Below are positions 10,986 through 24,083 of a stretch of DNA of 64,000 nucleotides, piece by piece. Source of the stretch: Lama glama. Taxonomy: Eukaryota. The notes below the pieces were generated by a model that saw only the letters and a list, made by a program, of their open reading frames with translations, did no database searches and had not been told where the DNA came from. Location: positions 77,626,001 to 77,690,000 of the forward strand of contig CM052816.1 of NCBI GenBank assembly GCA_028534125.1, given 5' to 3'. A program made the translations under genes and the position numbers. Each line of letters starts with the position of its first letter. Positions within the stretch are counted from its first letter, which is position 1.

Positions 10986-13734
10986 ATCCCCAAAGGATCA
11001 ACCTGGTCATGCTTCTGTGATCATTGTTCTGGAAACTCCAGTGAGGAAGGCTTGCTCTGTCACCACATGTCACAGAAGCCCGGAATATGAGAGATTTTAC
11101 ATTTGTTGGAACCACTGTCCAGAGAGAGAAGCACTGAAGTAGACGTATACAAGATCACATACTTCTTTGGTGGCAGAACTCAGCCTCTTGGTCTGGAAAG
11201 CTCTTCCTGCTTCACTGTCCCGTGTTCTCTCAGTCTTGTACATAACCCATTAACTTATCGAGATGAGATGATAAAGTCTGAGAAGCAGATGCATCCTCTT
11301 CCCTGAAGTAGACCACAAACGCTGTGTGCGCAGACGGAGCTGGCCTTCATTCCTTCGCTCCCTGGTCCTGGTTCAATCTTTACACTCTGCGCAGTGCTTA
11401 CTTCGTTTGCTCCTGGCCCCTGACGATCTGAGGGGAAAATAGCCCGGAACTGCCCTGAGAAATGCCCAGATGAGCCTAACAAGAATCCTAAACTGCCGAT
11501 GAGTCCTGCCCCTCCACTGTCAGGATTTGGAAGAAGATCTCTGCGTCGAAGTGAAAGCAGATGCCCGTGGAAGTGGAACAGGAAATCTTCCAAAGGATCA
11601 GGTCGGTTCTCCCTTGTTGGATGAAGACAGAAAACAAATAATTTCACCCAACACGAGAAAACAATTTATTTCTCTGCTCCATGGTGGTCAGAGGCCACTG
11701 AGCTGTAAAATCTGAAAGGGGTGTAGGTTTTAGAAGGTTGTCAATGGGGTCACTATTATTGTACAGTGTATGGCCCCAAGAGGGCCAAAGGGGAGTGTCG
11801 GAGTCTTGAATCTTGGCCCTTTGCAGGGAGGGCCACTCTGGGCAGACATTTCGCTGATCATAATCACTTTTATATGTAACTGGACCTTAATTCATTTGGT
11901 AGTCTGAGCTACGGAAGGGCGGCACAGATTAGAGAGCTATGTCTGTAACTGACGAAATCTGCGCCTGGCGGGCATTTGTGGGGAAATTAAAAATAAAATG
12001 AGGCTCATGTGAAAAATGTGTGGACTAGAATTAGCCGTCTCCTGACCAGTCACGCATGGAACTTGTTGGAGATGACCAGGACAGAAAAGTGAGACCCGGA
12101 CAGCAGATGAGGCCACGCTGACCTCCAGGCCCTTAGGAGCCTGTCATAATTTATAATGGATTATCTTAGGAAATAGATGAGGACGGCTTGTGTTCAGGAG
12201 CCAGGAAAGATGCTTTGGTTGAAAAAAAAAAAAAAGCCCAGAACACATGTCTCAGAAATGCGTGACCCATTGTTATTTATTCTACAAGGTGTCTAAATGC
12301 CTTGACTTGGTGTGAATTAACGCATCAAACCCTGTGCTCCGAGCACGACATATGAAGGGAGCTTACGTCGCCCGGCCGGGGAAGCAGTACCTCTTTCGTG
12401 TCACGGTGTCACGGTTCTTGTGCTCTTTGCCGTGAGGCAGCTATTCAGACGTATTGGAATTTTTATAGTTTACACTTTTGAGTTTCAAAAACTGGGTCTT
12501 ACACACACACACCCCCCCGAGGATATTTCCCCTCTGTGACTTCTCTCTTCTTCCAGCTCTGCCCAGCATGCCCGCTGCACTGGATTTCACCAAATATAAC
12601 TGCTCTGGACCAACTACGACTGGGTGCGTGGAGAGGAGAAAGGGCACCAGCCTCTGCTGACTCTCCTCTGGATGTGATGGCACCTTACATAAACTCTGTT
12701 TCCCTTCACAGAAACCCTTGGAGTGCCGTCATTCTGCTGATTTTACTAAGGTAGTTGATGCATGGCGTGATTACGTGACTTGCCAAGGTCTACCAGACTC
12801 TAAGTGGCCTAGCTGGGCCTTGAACCCGAATACTGTGGCTTCGAGCTCGGGTCTGTACCCCCAGTCAACGTGAGGTCAGAATCCTACTGGAACTGGGCAG
12901 GATCTGCAGTATCAGAAGAATTTTGATGCAGCAGCAGTCAGCTCCATCTCAATCCTTAGCTCACCTAAGTGGGTCCTCAAACCCAGGCTTCTTTTCCTGG
13001 AAACAATTATGAAAAAAGAAAGCACTTCAAACTTGCAAAGGTAATGGCAGTTCAACAACACACTTTCCATTGTCAGCTGGTTCTCTAAGACTGCCTTCAT
13101 AGAAAGTCTAATGGGCTGTTTTACAAGGATGACAGGGACAGATAATGAAAGTCAAGCTTGCGCACAAAGCTTCCTTGAAAGCTTGGTAATTAACAGCTTT
13201 GCATTGTTCTTTAATAAGTCACCTTTTTAATGCGTTGCCATCAAGGCACAAACTCCAAAGCTTATTTGCATTTCAGCCACGTTTGGTGTGAATACAGCCT
13301 CAAGCCTTTCACTCAAATGAACTGCATTTCAACCTCTGGAGAAAGAAAGACCAAGAGGTAACTGTTTAGTCCAAAATGTCTCCAAACACTTAGTGCGTCA
13401 GAGGTGAGCTATGAACCTTCACGTCCAGGTTTCAAGGGAGGCTGTGGGGTTGAAAGAAGAGCTGATGAGAAGGTGGATGTGAACTATAGCCCCAGGCTTC
13501 CTGTGTGAACTCACCTGTGTCCCACGGCAGTGGGATGTGAGTATGTGTGTGTGATGTGACTCACTGGGTTTCCAATGTGATCCTGGACAATGCCTTGTGT
13601 TGCCCATAGTGTAGAGGACGTCACAGGACATCATCTGTTGAGGGATCTCCAAAACACCAGGGCCCAAAGAACTCTTACTCAGGCCCAGAGAGGTGTCCAT
13701 TCTGCCACTGGGGTGGAAGGAAAAGGGGCCAAAC

Positions 13735-13940
13735 CTTTAACAGGCACCTACTGCGTGCCAGGCACTGTGCTAGGCGCATTCTCAGATCTTTTTAATCCTC
13801 ATCACAATCCTCTGAGGTCTCATTCCCTTTATAGAGATGAGGAAATTGAAACTAAGACAGGTTAGGTTACTTGCCAAACATTACATAACCAGTAAGCAGC
13901 CGAAGATTCAAGTTCACGTGTCTCAGACTCCCAAACTGAA
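13735..13940 (-). mobile_element. MIR SINE
   Basis: cacctactgcgtgccaggcactgtgctagg..aatcctcatcacaatcc..agatgaggaaattga. Confidence 0.9.
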
Positions 13941-14499
13941 CTCTTTGTCCCCTGCTAAAATGTGACTGTCCCTGGGAAAGGAGGCATGTGGGACCCTCTC
14001 GGTCATTCACACTGTCATGTAATGAACTGGTCCTACCCTTTCCTGAGAGAAACTTTTGCTTAAAAAGCCCAAAGGATCTAGATTCTACCCAGGGAAAGAA
14101 AGAAAGGACAGAAAAAGGGATGGTGACCAGTCACTTCCTGATTTTGCCCAGCCCTGGATATCTCTGGCGGTCTTCACAGGGCCAGTGAAAGGCGGGAATG
14201 AGGTGTGAAAAACAATGTCCTTCTTCAACTCTCAGTCCTGAGAAGGGAGTGGAAGATGGGAGCACTGCTAGTATTCCAGGAGCAGTGCTGTTGGGAAGGA
14301 AGAGAGGGCTGATTTTGGATTTAAAGTAACACAAGGCAAGACACAGGAGCAGGGACCCTGCTTAGGCTGCAGCCTGGGCCTGGGTCTGCAAAGCCCCCAG
14401 GCTGAGTGGGTCTGGGAGCTATTCCTCCCGGTCCCTTTCCTCAAACCATTCTGCTCAGCACCACCCTCTCAGCTAGTGGGATGTAAGGACTGGCTTTCT

Positions 14500-14640
14500 C
14501 CCTTCCAAGCTCTGTGGCCTCCAGCAGGTCACTTACCCTCTCTGTTTCTTCATTTGTGATATGAAAATCATAATGCTTAGCTCCCAAGATCGTTATGAGA
14601 ATTCAGTAAGATAACACGCCAGTAGCACTTAGCAATGGCA
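14500..14640 (+). mobile_element. MIR SINE
   Basis: gcaggtcacttaccctctctgtttcttcatttgtgatatg..gttatgagaattcagtaagataa. Confidence 0.75.
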
Positions 14641-14907
14641 ACTCATGCTACAGTATAATCTGCAGTCAGGATACAGGGGGAGTTTTGATCAGAAAACTTT
14701 GGGGCCAAGTTCACCTTAGCCATCAACAAAACTTTCACTTGCTACACTGTGTGAATTGAGGGGTGTTAAAAGGACTTTTCAGTTCCAAACTCCAAACTAT
14801 CTCCTTTATGCAAAAGCCACAATGTCTGAAATTTCACATTCAGGATATATTCCTTTGACAATTGCCTCAAACATCTTTTACTTAATTATTTTGATGGGTA
14901 ACCCATT

Positions 14908-15092
14908 AAATTGGTGGCTCCCAACACCAGCTGCCCCTTGGAATTGTCTGGGGAGTTCTTAATAAATGCTGATGCTTGGGCCTCATCCCAGGTCCTCCAA
15001 ATTAGAATCTCTGGGAGAGGCCCAGGATTTAAAAAATACTTGCCAAGTGTTTCTAAGTTGCCTGATGTGTAGCCAGAGTTGAGAACCCCTGC
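14908..15092. mobile_element. MER5A-like hAT-Charlie MITE
   Basis: ggtggctcccaa..tgctgatgcttgggcctcatccca..agaatctctggg..agagttgagaacccctg. Confidence 0.75.
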
Positions 15093-16209
15093 ATTAAATT
15101 ATTTTACTCCACCAGGATGTAAACACCAGGCAACCAAAGAATACAGCCTGGTGTCCTCAAAACTTGTCACTGCACTTGGCACAAAGACAGTTAACCTACA
15201 AGTTTACTGTTGTTACTGATTCAAAAAGATGTCGATGACTCTAAATTCTCCTTTAGTGAAAGCCACAGATGAAGGGAGGGACAAGGGACTAAAAGGCACA
15301 GAAAGGAGAAATAAACTCTAGGAAATTAAAGAAGAACAAGTCACACTTCTAAGAAAACACAGCTGCTTGTTAGTCTAAGGATACTTCTAACAGGAAAGGA
15401 CAGGTCCCTTGGAAGGAGGGGCAGACAGTGGGACAGAGAAGACATGTTTCTTCAGGTTTCTAGAAGTAAGAGAGTAACACATTTTTCAATTACATATTTC
15501 AAAAAAAAATATCCCTCTGGCAGCTGGAGGAAACAGAAAACTACGTGGTCTGGAGTCTGAGAGCTCTGGCTTCACACCTCACCCCTCCCACTTACTAACT
15601 GCATGACCTCACAGAAGGAGGTGGGATTTTTATTTTTTCTGTATTTCTAAAAATACAGTTTCTCCATCTGTAAAAGCAGGAGTACCGGTTAGATCTCCCA
15701 GGGATGGTGCAGGATACCAGGTGAACTTGCCAGCACATAGTAGGTGATGGATGCGTGTCCGTTCCCTCCTCTCCCCCTCCTCCCCTCCCTCCCTTCCTGA
15801 CAAACAAGGTTAGTCATTACTCCAATTACTCCAAGGAACAAATTTTTAAAAATGAGAAATCAGATTAATGATGACTGCATTTCCAAATGCTAGCTGTTGT
15901 GGGGGAGTTAGGGGGAGGTGGGTGCATGACTCTTCAAAAATGCAAGAAAGGAAAGGACCAGATAAGAAAGGCCATGTCCATTAAAATCAGCCCCGGAACG
16001 TTGATGGCCAAACCCTGAAATAACCACGAGGCAGTTATGCTGACTTTAGAAAACACGGGGGAGACGCCCTTCTTATTTGAGGGTCTGGAATAGTGCAAAT
16101 AACTTTGGGATTAGCTCCTTTTTTATAGGCTCAATTGTAAAACCATTTTAATAGAAAATTTTAATCACTTTCCTAACGTCCTCATAGTAAACTTTCCACA
16201 CAGGTTTTT

Positions 16210-18070
16210 CATTTAGTCATGGATTATTTTGGATACTTCGTATTTTTCTAGAATTCTATTTCAGTTGATCTACAGGCTTCTAAGCTATGCCGATTTGCAT
16301 TATGATAGCTTTTTAATGGTTGCTCTGTAGCTGAAGATGCAAATGATTTATGCCCTCATCAGAAACAATGGAGCCAAGACGACAAGGATACATCTTTAAA
16401 ATGCTGAAAGAAAAACAAAACCAAGCAAGCAAGCAAATAAACAAAAAGACCTGTCCAGCCAGAAATGTATATCCAAGGAAATAACTTTCAAGAATGAAAG
16501 CAAAATAAATATTTTTTTTTTCAAGCCAAAGAAAGCTAAGGGAATTTGTCCCCAGCAGACCTGCACTACAGGAGTGAACTAAAGGAAGCTTATTAGACTA
16601 AAGAGCCGTGGTACCAGAGGCAAATGTGGAGCTCCAGCAGCGAGTTCAGAAATGGTAAAGGTCTGGATAAACATGAAAGAAGGGTTTTTTCTCTTACTTT
16701 CTTTAAAAAACATATAACTGTTGAAAGCAAAAGTTTTAACATTTTAACACTGTCTTGTGGGTATACAACATACATAACATCAAATACGTAACAACTGGAG
16801 GGTCCAGGCCAGGGTGGCGGGCGGGGGAGGGGGGCTGTCTTATACAGTTGCAACGTAACAGTAATGTTCCCCTGTATGTGTCATTTTCCTTGGGCTGTTT
16901 TCAAGAGTTTCTCTTTATCTTTAGTTTTCAGAAGTTTGATATGATTAGGCATGGTTTTATGGCATTTGTCCTACTTGGGGTTATCTGAGTTTTCTGAATT
17001 TGGAAATTTTAGACTTTCGTCAAATTTGGGAAAGCCTTAGTCATTGTTCTTTCAGATAGTTTTTTCAGCCCCATTCTCTCCTTCTTTCTTCCTGAGATTC
17101 CAATTATATACATGTTAACCTTTCTGTCCCATAGGTCCTTGAGGCTCTGTTCATTTTCTGCTCAGTGTTTTCTTCTCTTCATTCTCCAGATTGGATCATT
17201 ACCTATCTATGTGTCTATCTGTGTATGTATCTACCTACCTACCTACCTATCTATCTTTAAGTTCACTGGTTATTTCCTGTCATCTCCAATCTGCTTTGAA
17301 TACCATTCAGTAAGCTTCTAAGAGTTCGGGTTCTGTAGTTTTTTTTTTATTATTATTTTTCCTAGCTTCTGTTTCCTGCTGAAATGTCCTATCTTTTCAT
17401 TAACTTTGAACAAATTTTTCTTCATAACACTGAACATATTTATAATCTCTGCTTTAAATGTTTGTCTGCTAACGCCAACATCTAAGCTAACTTAGGATTC
17501 CTTTCTCAAAAAATAGATCCCGTTTCCCTATTTTTTATATAATAAGTATCTTTGTTGCTTGATTATTGCATGTTAAGTTGTAGACACTCTGCATTTAACT
17601 TCTTTGTTTTGGCAGCAATTAAGATGGTTGGATTCAAGCTTCAAACTCTCTCTCAGGTAGCCCTTCAAATCTCAGTTCCAGTTTTTTAGCCTTAGATGGG
17701 CCTCCGAGTCTGCTCTGTAATAGGTCAGGAGCCAGCCAGAATAAGAGTTTGGAGCTCCCTCCTTCTGGCTCCCTCCAGGAATCTCTTTACTGTCTTGTGG
17801 CTGTGCTTGCCCTGAATCCTCTGGTTCTACAAGCCATTAAGATTGAGAGTTTCTTTCAGAGTTTCTGCCATATGTTTAGATTGAAATCAGGCTTCAGAAA
17901 AAAAGAGAAGTGGACTCACCCCATGCTGTTTTCTTCTTCCAAGTGTCGATCCAAAATATGCCCCCAGAATCTACCTTTCCAGTGCCTTCAAGGAGTTGTG
18001 CTTATTTGGTCTATAGTTTATGGTTGGTCTGGTAGGGGCTTACTTGTTCATACTGTAAGCAGAACCAGTC
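16210..18070 (-). mobile_element. Old L1 (5' region, ORF1 and inter-ORF spacer) with an internal inverted segment at ~16340-16855
   Basis: Minus strand 16860-17115 decodes to a degenerate ORF1 middle (IIGI..E..E.G.E..FPNL..KL.K.KDKE..LK.A..TYRG). Plus strand from ~16340 carries the ORF1 C-terminus (SSETME..IFKMLKE..F.NE..LREF..RPALQE). Minus strand left of 16330 carries spacer sequence. Confidence 0.8.
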
Positions 18071-19519
18071 TATACGTTTACTTTAGGTTTTCAGCTTTGT
18101 TGCCATTGGGGACTTGTCTCGATATTCCTTTAATTTCATTGGAATTTCTATTATGTTTCCATTTTCACTACTAACATTTTTACTCTTTCTTTTTACCTTA
18201 ATCAGGCTTGCAAGTTTTTTTTTCCTTCTTCTATTCTGTAAATATTTTCAAAGAATTGATTTGGAAATTCATTTATCATCTTTTCTAATTTTTTTCTTTG
18301 TTTATTTCAGCTTAAATATTTGTAATTCTAGGAGGAAAATATAAGAAATAATTGTGTCTTAGAATTTGAGCTGGAACAAGGAGATCTGAAAGTAAGTTTT
18401 TGATCTTAATTCACCCATGACCAAGAAGGTGGAGGGTGCTGAGGAATATAGAGAGGCAGCAGGGGAAGAGAATCCTTCCATCCCACTCTCACTGTCTTAC
18501 TGGTCCTGAACCATTTTATTTGAATCTTACAACAATTTCTTTGCTTTTTTGAGGTCTGTAGACATCTTGTTCTAAAAGGACTATTAAAAGGCATTTGTTG
18601 AAGCACTGATGACAAGAAACTGGAATAACCCAGCCTAGCTCTGACATTAAAGAGGATTAAGAACATAATGAGACTGGAAGATTGGAACTATTTCTTCAAG
18701 ATCATGTAAATGAGCTAGAACTAAAGCATTTCCAAATGGAACCACGTCTAAGAAACTGACAGTGAAATTACACATGTGGTAAAGACGTCTCCCCATGATG
18801 GAGCTTTCCTCCAAGCTGATAAAATACTATTCTGGGCGACCACTTAGAAAGCCTGGATAGTGTTAAGCAGTAGTAGTGAAACGTCAAAGGGAAGCTTAGC
18901 TTAAGCTTTAATCCTGCCTAGCTCCTGGGTACTCCAGCTCCCCAAATCTGGAGAGGACGGTACAGCAGGAGGGACACGAGATCCCTGAGTAGGTCATTAG
19001 TCTGCCAAGTGTTCCTGAGTACAACAAACGTTTGGGCTGTCTACCCATCCTGTCAGAAGGAAGATACACTCCCTCAGCTCCAGCGAAAATGGCTTAATCA
19101 TTGTTTCTGGGACATGCCCTGTGGGTTAAGGGCACGCTGTAAGCAAAGCACAGAAGGGTGCCGAGATACGCTCTAGGCTGTGAGCAAAGCATTTTATCCA
19201 AAAGGCACAAGCAAGTCTATTCCTCCCAGCGGATGATGGGTGAATGGACAAATTTTAGTTATTTGTGTATGTGCTTTGCCTCCAAAGTTCGAAGCTCTTT
19301 AAAAAGTAAGGCTTGTGCTTGCTTCTATTTTTTGTAAGCCTAGCACACAGGAAGTATTTGATAAATATTTCTTGATTCCAGCAAGGTTCTTTCAAATAAT
19401 TAATGGATAAAAAACAACTGCCTTGACTACTGTTATCATCTTTTATCATCCCCCCATCAATTTATTCACCAATCCAAACTGTAACAATTTCACTTAAAGC
19501 TCTGATTAAGAGGCATGTC

Positions 19520-19960
19520 CTGAAAAAACATGGAGGGAACAAATTCATATCACTAAGTAAAAGAAGCCAATCTATAAAGGCTACATATTGCATGATTCCA
19601 ATTGTATGACATTCTGGACACAGCAAAACTGTGGAGACAATAAAAAGACCAGTGGTTTCCAGGGTTTGAATAGGCAGTGCACCAAGGAGTTTTAGGGCAG
19701 TGAAACCATCCTGTATGATACTCTAATGGTGGCTACATGTCACTATATGTTTGTCACAGCCCATAGGATGTGCAATACTAACTGAACTCTAACAGGAACT
19801 ATGGAACTTTGAGTGATGTGTCAACGTAGGTTGTAACACTTTGTACCACTCCGGTGTGGGATGTGCGTGCGTGGGGGCAAGGAGAGATAGGAACTCACTG
19901 TACTTTCTGCTCAATTTTGCTGTGAGCCAAAAGCTGCTCTAAAACTAAATTCTATTTTTT
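19520..19960 (+). mobile_element. L1 3' UTR (L1MC-like)
   Basis: aaagaagccaatctataaaggctacatattgcatgattcc..cagtgaaaccatcctgtatgatact..tactttctgctcaattttgctgtgagcc. Confidence 0.85.
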
Positions 19961-20684
19961 TATAAGTTATCTCTTTTCAGTGCCATTAATAGATATTCTC
20001 TGCATTTGTCATAAATAACAAACTCCTTAGTCTGGCATCAAACAATATCCATGGGTTGCCAACTTCTTTCCTCCAAGAAACAGAGATCTCTTTTTCCTCT
20101 TGTATTGTATGCCTCCCGTGCTTCTCGCCATGAAACCCTCACGTGTCACTCGTCCTTCCCGTTGCCATTTTGGTGTCCCTCCACACACATTCAAATACCA
20201 CTCTCTCCACCACTCTCCCTCCATCCTCCATCCCATTCCAAAGTTACAGTTCCTACCTCTAACCTCCAATAGCCAGTACATCTCTATGGCATCACTTTCT
20301 ACCCTGTTTTCTGTGCACATAGCTCCCTCAAACTACCAGACTGTCAGTATGGAGGACTATTTATGATGCAGTCTTGCACCTCCATGGCACTGAGCATACT
20401 GCCTTGTTATTAGGTACTTAAACCAAGAGTTGCTAAATAAGTATTAAACAATTTTTAAAAGTTTACTGTGTTACATACCACTCCGAAATTATGCATGCAT
20501 ATTATTCTGGGTAAAATAATTTAACCCAAAGGAATAAGGTAAGAGTTTTCAGAAGACTCGTCAATGAGACATTTTGGGCAGGTAAGCATGTTCACCCATT
20601 AGTCACACCTTAGGAGCCCATACTTTTACTTATAAGCCACCCTTCTAAGAAGTTACTTCAAAGGCCTGGAATTCATCTTCCGTG

Positions 20685-21040
20685 ACTGTAGTGGCAGAAG
20701 AAGCAGGGTTCCAGCAAGGCAGCTGGGGCAGATGTTTTTGGTCTCATGGCCATCATCCATGCCTCCCTTCCTTTGCTTTTGTTCAGGTCTTCACCTTTCC
20801 TTTACGTGACTCAGAGAGCAAGTCTTGATTAACCTTAACCATTATAATTTCATCTCCTTCATCAATTATTGGGTCAGAAAGGAGCAGGGATCCAACCTTG
20901 GACAATAATACATAAGAACTTTCTTGGGGGGGTTGGTTTCTGAGAAGGCTTTCTCACGGATTCAAAACAATACATGGGAAGGCAGCCTCTCTTCCGTTGG
21001 ACACCTTATAGATGTCATACAGATCCTGTGAAAGTCTGGA
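20685..21040 (+). mobile_element. MaLR (MLT1-like) LTR fragment
   Basis: tgtagtggcaga start; attgggtcag..gggatccaaccttggacaat..ttctgagaaggctttctc. Confidence 0.5.
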
Positions 21041-21334
21041 TTATCTGTTCTATAGATAAAGTTGTCAGATCTCATAAATTTAGACTTTACTAATTTGGTA
21101 TTTTCAATAAGACAGTAACTGAACTGAATTTTGCCTTTGCTTTAAAAGAATTTTATAAAACCAATTCACAGTGTAAGTCACAAATTTAAGAAGCATAGTT
21201 AAACAGAGAGGTACTAAATAAGTGACTAGATGGATCGGTGATATTAAGTTTTGTTCACTCATTCATTTAATCAAGCATTGATAAGCCCCCTTCAGCTTTG
21301 ATTACAAAACCCCAACCCCAAGGAATCATAGAGA

Positions 21335-21462
21335 ATCACTAAGACCAAATTGTGTCAAAATAACTTTTTTTGTTGTTTAAAAAAAAGCTTTCTCCTGGAT
21401 TGGTAGATTAAGGCAGTGCTACTGATAGTATACCTAATTTTTTTCAAGGCATTTGAAACATC
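21335..21462 (+). mobile_element. L3/CR1 LINE reverse-transcriptase fossil
   Basis: Degenerate translation TKTKLCQNN..GLVD*G..YLIFFKAFE resembles the CR1 RT motif FTKxKSCxTNL..VDxG..YLDFxKAFD. Confidence 0.65.
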
Positions 21463-22669
21463 TTTTAGGGTGACATTTCTTTCAATATGAATTTTTGTAC
21501 AACATATTCTAGAATTCAGTCATTAATTTACAATTAGAATAATTGTTAAGATTGGACTTCCAATAAGTCAAAATTCATGAGACACAAGCTTACTTTCTAG
21601 TGATTTTAAGATGTCCTATTCTGTGTGATAAAGTTTAAGGTCATCAGAGAAAGCCTCTTGTAAGTGTAAGCATATTGATTATTTCTTGCTTTGGAATAGT
21701 TAGACCATGTGACATTGATTCCCATTTCTTAAAGGATTAGAAGGGGACAAAGGAGGTAAAAATTCAGCTGATCAGTTTCAGACGGATCATTAGATTTGGT
21801 CCATATGTCACCGTAGCTCCCTTCCTCTTCCCAGAAATGCTCTTGATATTAATCTGGGGATATTATGAAAGAGTTGAATTTTGGAAGATCTGTACATCAT
21901 TAGTGTCAGCGGATTCACAATAGAGTAATCATCACATGAGTACAGCCTATCACGGATTGGCACTCCTTCTGAAAAAAAATCAAACAGAAGGAAGGAGTCA
22001 TGATGGTGGATTCACCCCTTGGGTATCCTTCCTGATGGGCAACTAGTTGGTCTTAAAAGTCTGGGCTCCACCAACTGGCACTGGGTTGGTCAGCAGTGAT
22101 TTCTCCCAATGCTGTTCCCATGATGCAAGTGAACAGACACTACTTTTGTTCCACTTCGCCCCCACGCCCAAAAGTCACAGATGTCTTCTTGATGGATTGG
22201 CTCCTGGAATTGTGCAGCTCCCACGGTTGATTTCCTTTCTGGCAAGCTGCCTCCTGGTCAACATCAATGGGTGAGCAAGAGGATGTGTGGGTACAGAGTG
22301 GTGAGCCAGGGCCATGACTATGATTATGCTCTTGATCAGCATCCTTTCCAAATTGCACATAATGGACAGAGATTGTATTTGGGATGTTGGGGATGGAGGG
22401 AAAGACGACTTCTTTTCTGTTCAGGAAATGGTTATCAGAGCTTACCATTTCCAAAGGTGGTATTTGACTGTGCCTTGAGGGACTCTAAAATGAGACAGAA
22501 GAAAGGACAATGGAGGAAGAAAGGATGCAAACTAGAGTCTTCCAGTGCTCGGAAAATAGTGAGATTAATTTCTGCTTTAGCTGCATCATCCTCCATGCCC
22601 TCTTGGCTTTCTTCTACAGATCTTTAAGCCACATTGGAATATAAGTGTGTTTTCTTATTTTAGGCACAT

Positions 22670-23092
22670 TTTTCTTGATGCAGATCCTGAAATGAAGATT
22701 TGTTTCGTAAGGGAATAGAGGAAGATGGATGGTGGGTAGAGAAAGGGGAAAATCCAAGTAGGGCTATGAATTTAGGGGAAAATTTCACAAAGGGTTTTGA
22801 GCCTAATCTTGCAACAGAACTCTGGAGTGTGAATTATACCCCCAAGTTTATCCCAGGTTGAGGCAATGGAGCTGGGCGTTCACTCTCCTTTGTCAAGTAG
22901 GGCTGCATGGGGAGGTATAAGCCCTCAGGTGCTTCTGGCTTTCAAGCTTGAAAGCAAAGGGCCAGCCTTCTGAGAGAGTCACAAGTGTGAACTAAGAAAC
23001 AAAATCATGCAGAAGCCAGGGGAAGGAAGGGCACATCGTATGGAAATATGGATCAGAGAGGACCTGAGTAAAGCAGGGCAGTGTCTCCCACA
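22670..23092 (-). mobile_element. ERVL-type LTR remnant (LTR16/LTR33-like)
   Basis: gcagatcctgaaatgaagattt.. through ..cagtgtctcccaca terminus. Confidence 0.45.
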
Positions 23093-24083
23093 CTCCTGGT
23101 CAGACATGCTGGACCCTTTAGCCAACAGTTGTTCTGTAGCTTTCAGTGCTGTCTCAGGAACCTATTGGAATCTGGTTTTGTGAGAGTCACACCAGGACCC
23201 AAACTCAACACAATCAGTACACACATAGCATAAGTTACAGTGTGCACCTGGAAACTGACTTGGCCCAAACAATTTAAGGACTCTTGAAAACCATTAGATT
23301 TGTTGGTATTTGGTTTTACCTCTTTCTCCACATCCCTCATCTGCCAAAGTCAGTTTTCTCCACTTGCTTTAGCTTCGCTAATCCTTTAAATTCATAAACA
23401 CATCCTTCAACGGAAAGGCTTCCCTCAGTGAGGTGGTCAAACAATGGTTTGAATTTCTGCCATTTAATGGGCACTCAGAATCTGCCCCATGTTATTCACT
23501 TTTACATACACCTCTAATTTCCCAAATAGACTACAAGATCCTTGAAGGCAAAGCTCAGTTACCTCCTTTGCTCAAGTAGCACATTACACTTGTCCCATTT
23601 GCCTCAGGCAATTTTTATGAGGACATAAACACATTTGGGGTCAGAATGTGAAAGAACTATATATCATATATGGTGATGTGTTTATTAACTAGTAAATAAT
23701 AACATCATTCATCCATTTGAAGTTGCTACTTTCTCTAAAGTAAAAAATATGAACTGATTAACTTCTTTAGTAATTTGTTTTGCAAGTCGCTTTTTTAAGT
23801 TTGCAAGTTTGATTTTTTTTGAAAAAAAATCAATCTAGTTGTTCACCAAACTGCTGCATAGTTTTATGTATTATACTTTCTCATTCCCTTGTTCCAGCTC
23901 AGAAAATATGGAAATATATTTCCGTGGAATGAGAAGGGGAATATTCTGTTTATTTAATAAGAACTAGTGAAAAGTTATCCAAAATATTTCCCATCTAGGT
24001 CACAAAACCATGATCTCCTGCAAATAACTGAATATAAGACCCATCAGATGGCCAGCAAGTAACTGAAAATGCTTGCTGTACAA

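Noticed and set aside
10820..11090. Peptide LDLLKL..ELWRMV..SAQQVRKIYKKRL, faintly ARID- or LEM-domain-like
   Set aside because: Requires a frameshift, lacks the core conserved residues and spacing, and has no poly-A or TSD. Likely chance; tblastx or HMMER would settle it.
10990..11600. Direct repeat ccaaaggatca 600 bp apart
   Set aside because: Only 11 bp, with no poly-A or element termini between the copies; plausible by chance.
23809..23833. Perfect 12-bp inverted repeat ttgatttttttt-g-aaaaaaaatcaa
   Set aside because: Mostly T8/A8 low complexity; no further supporting context.
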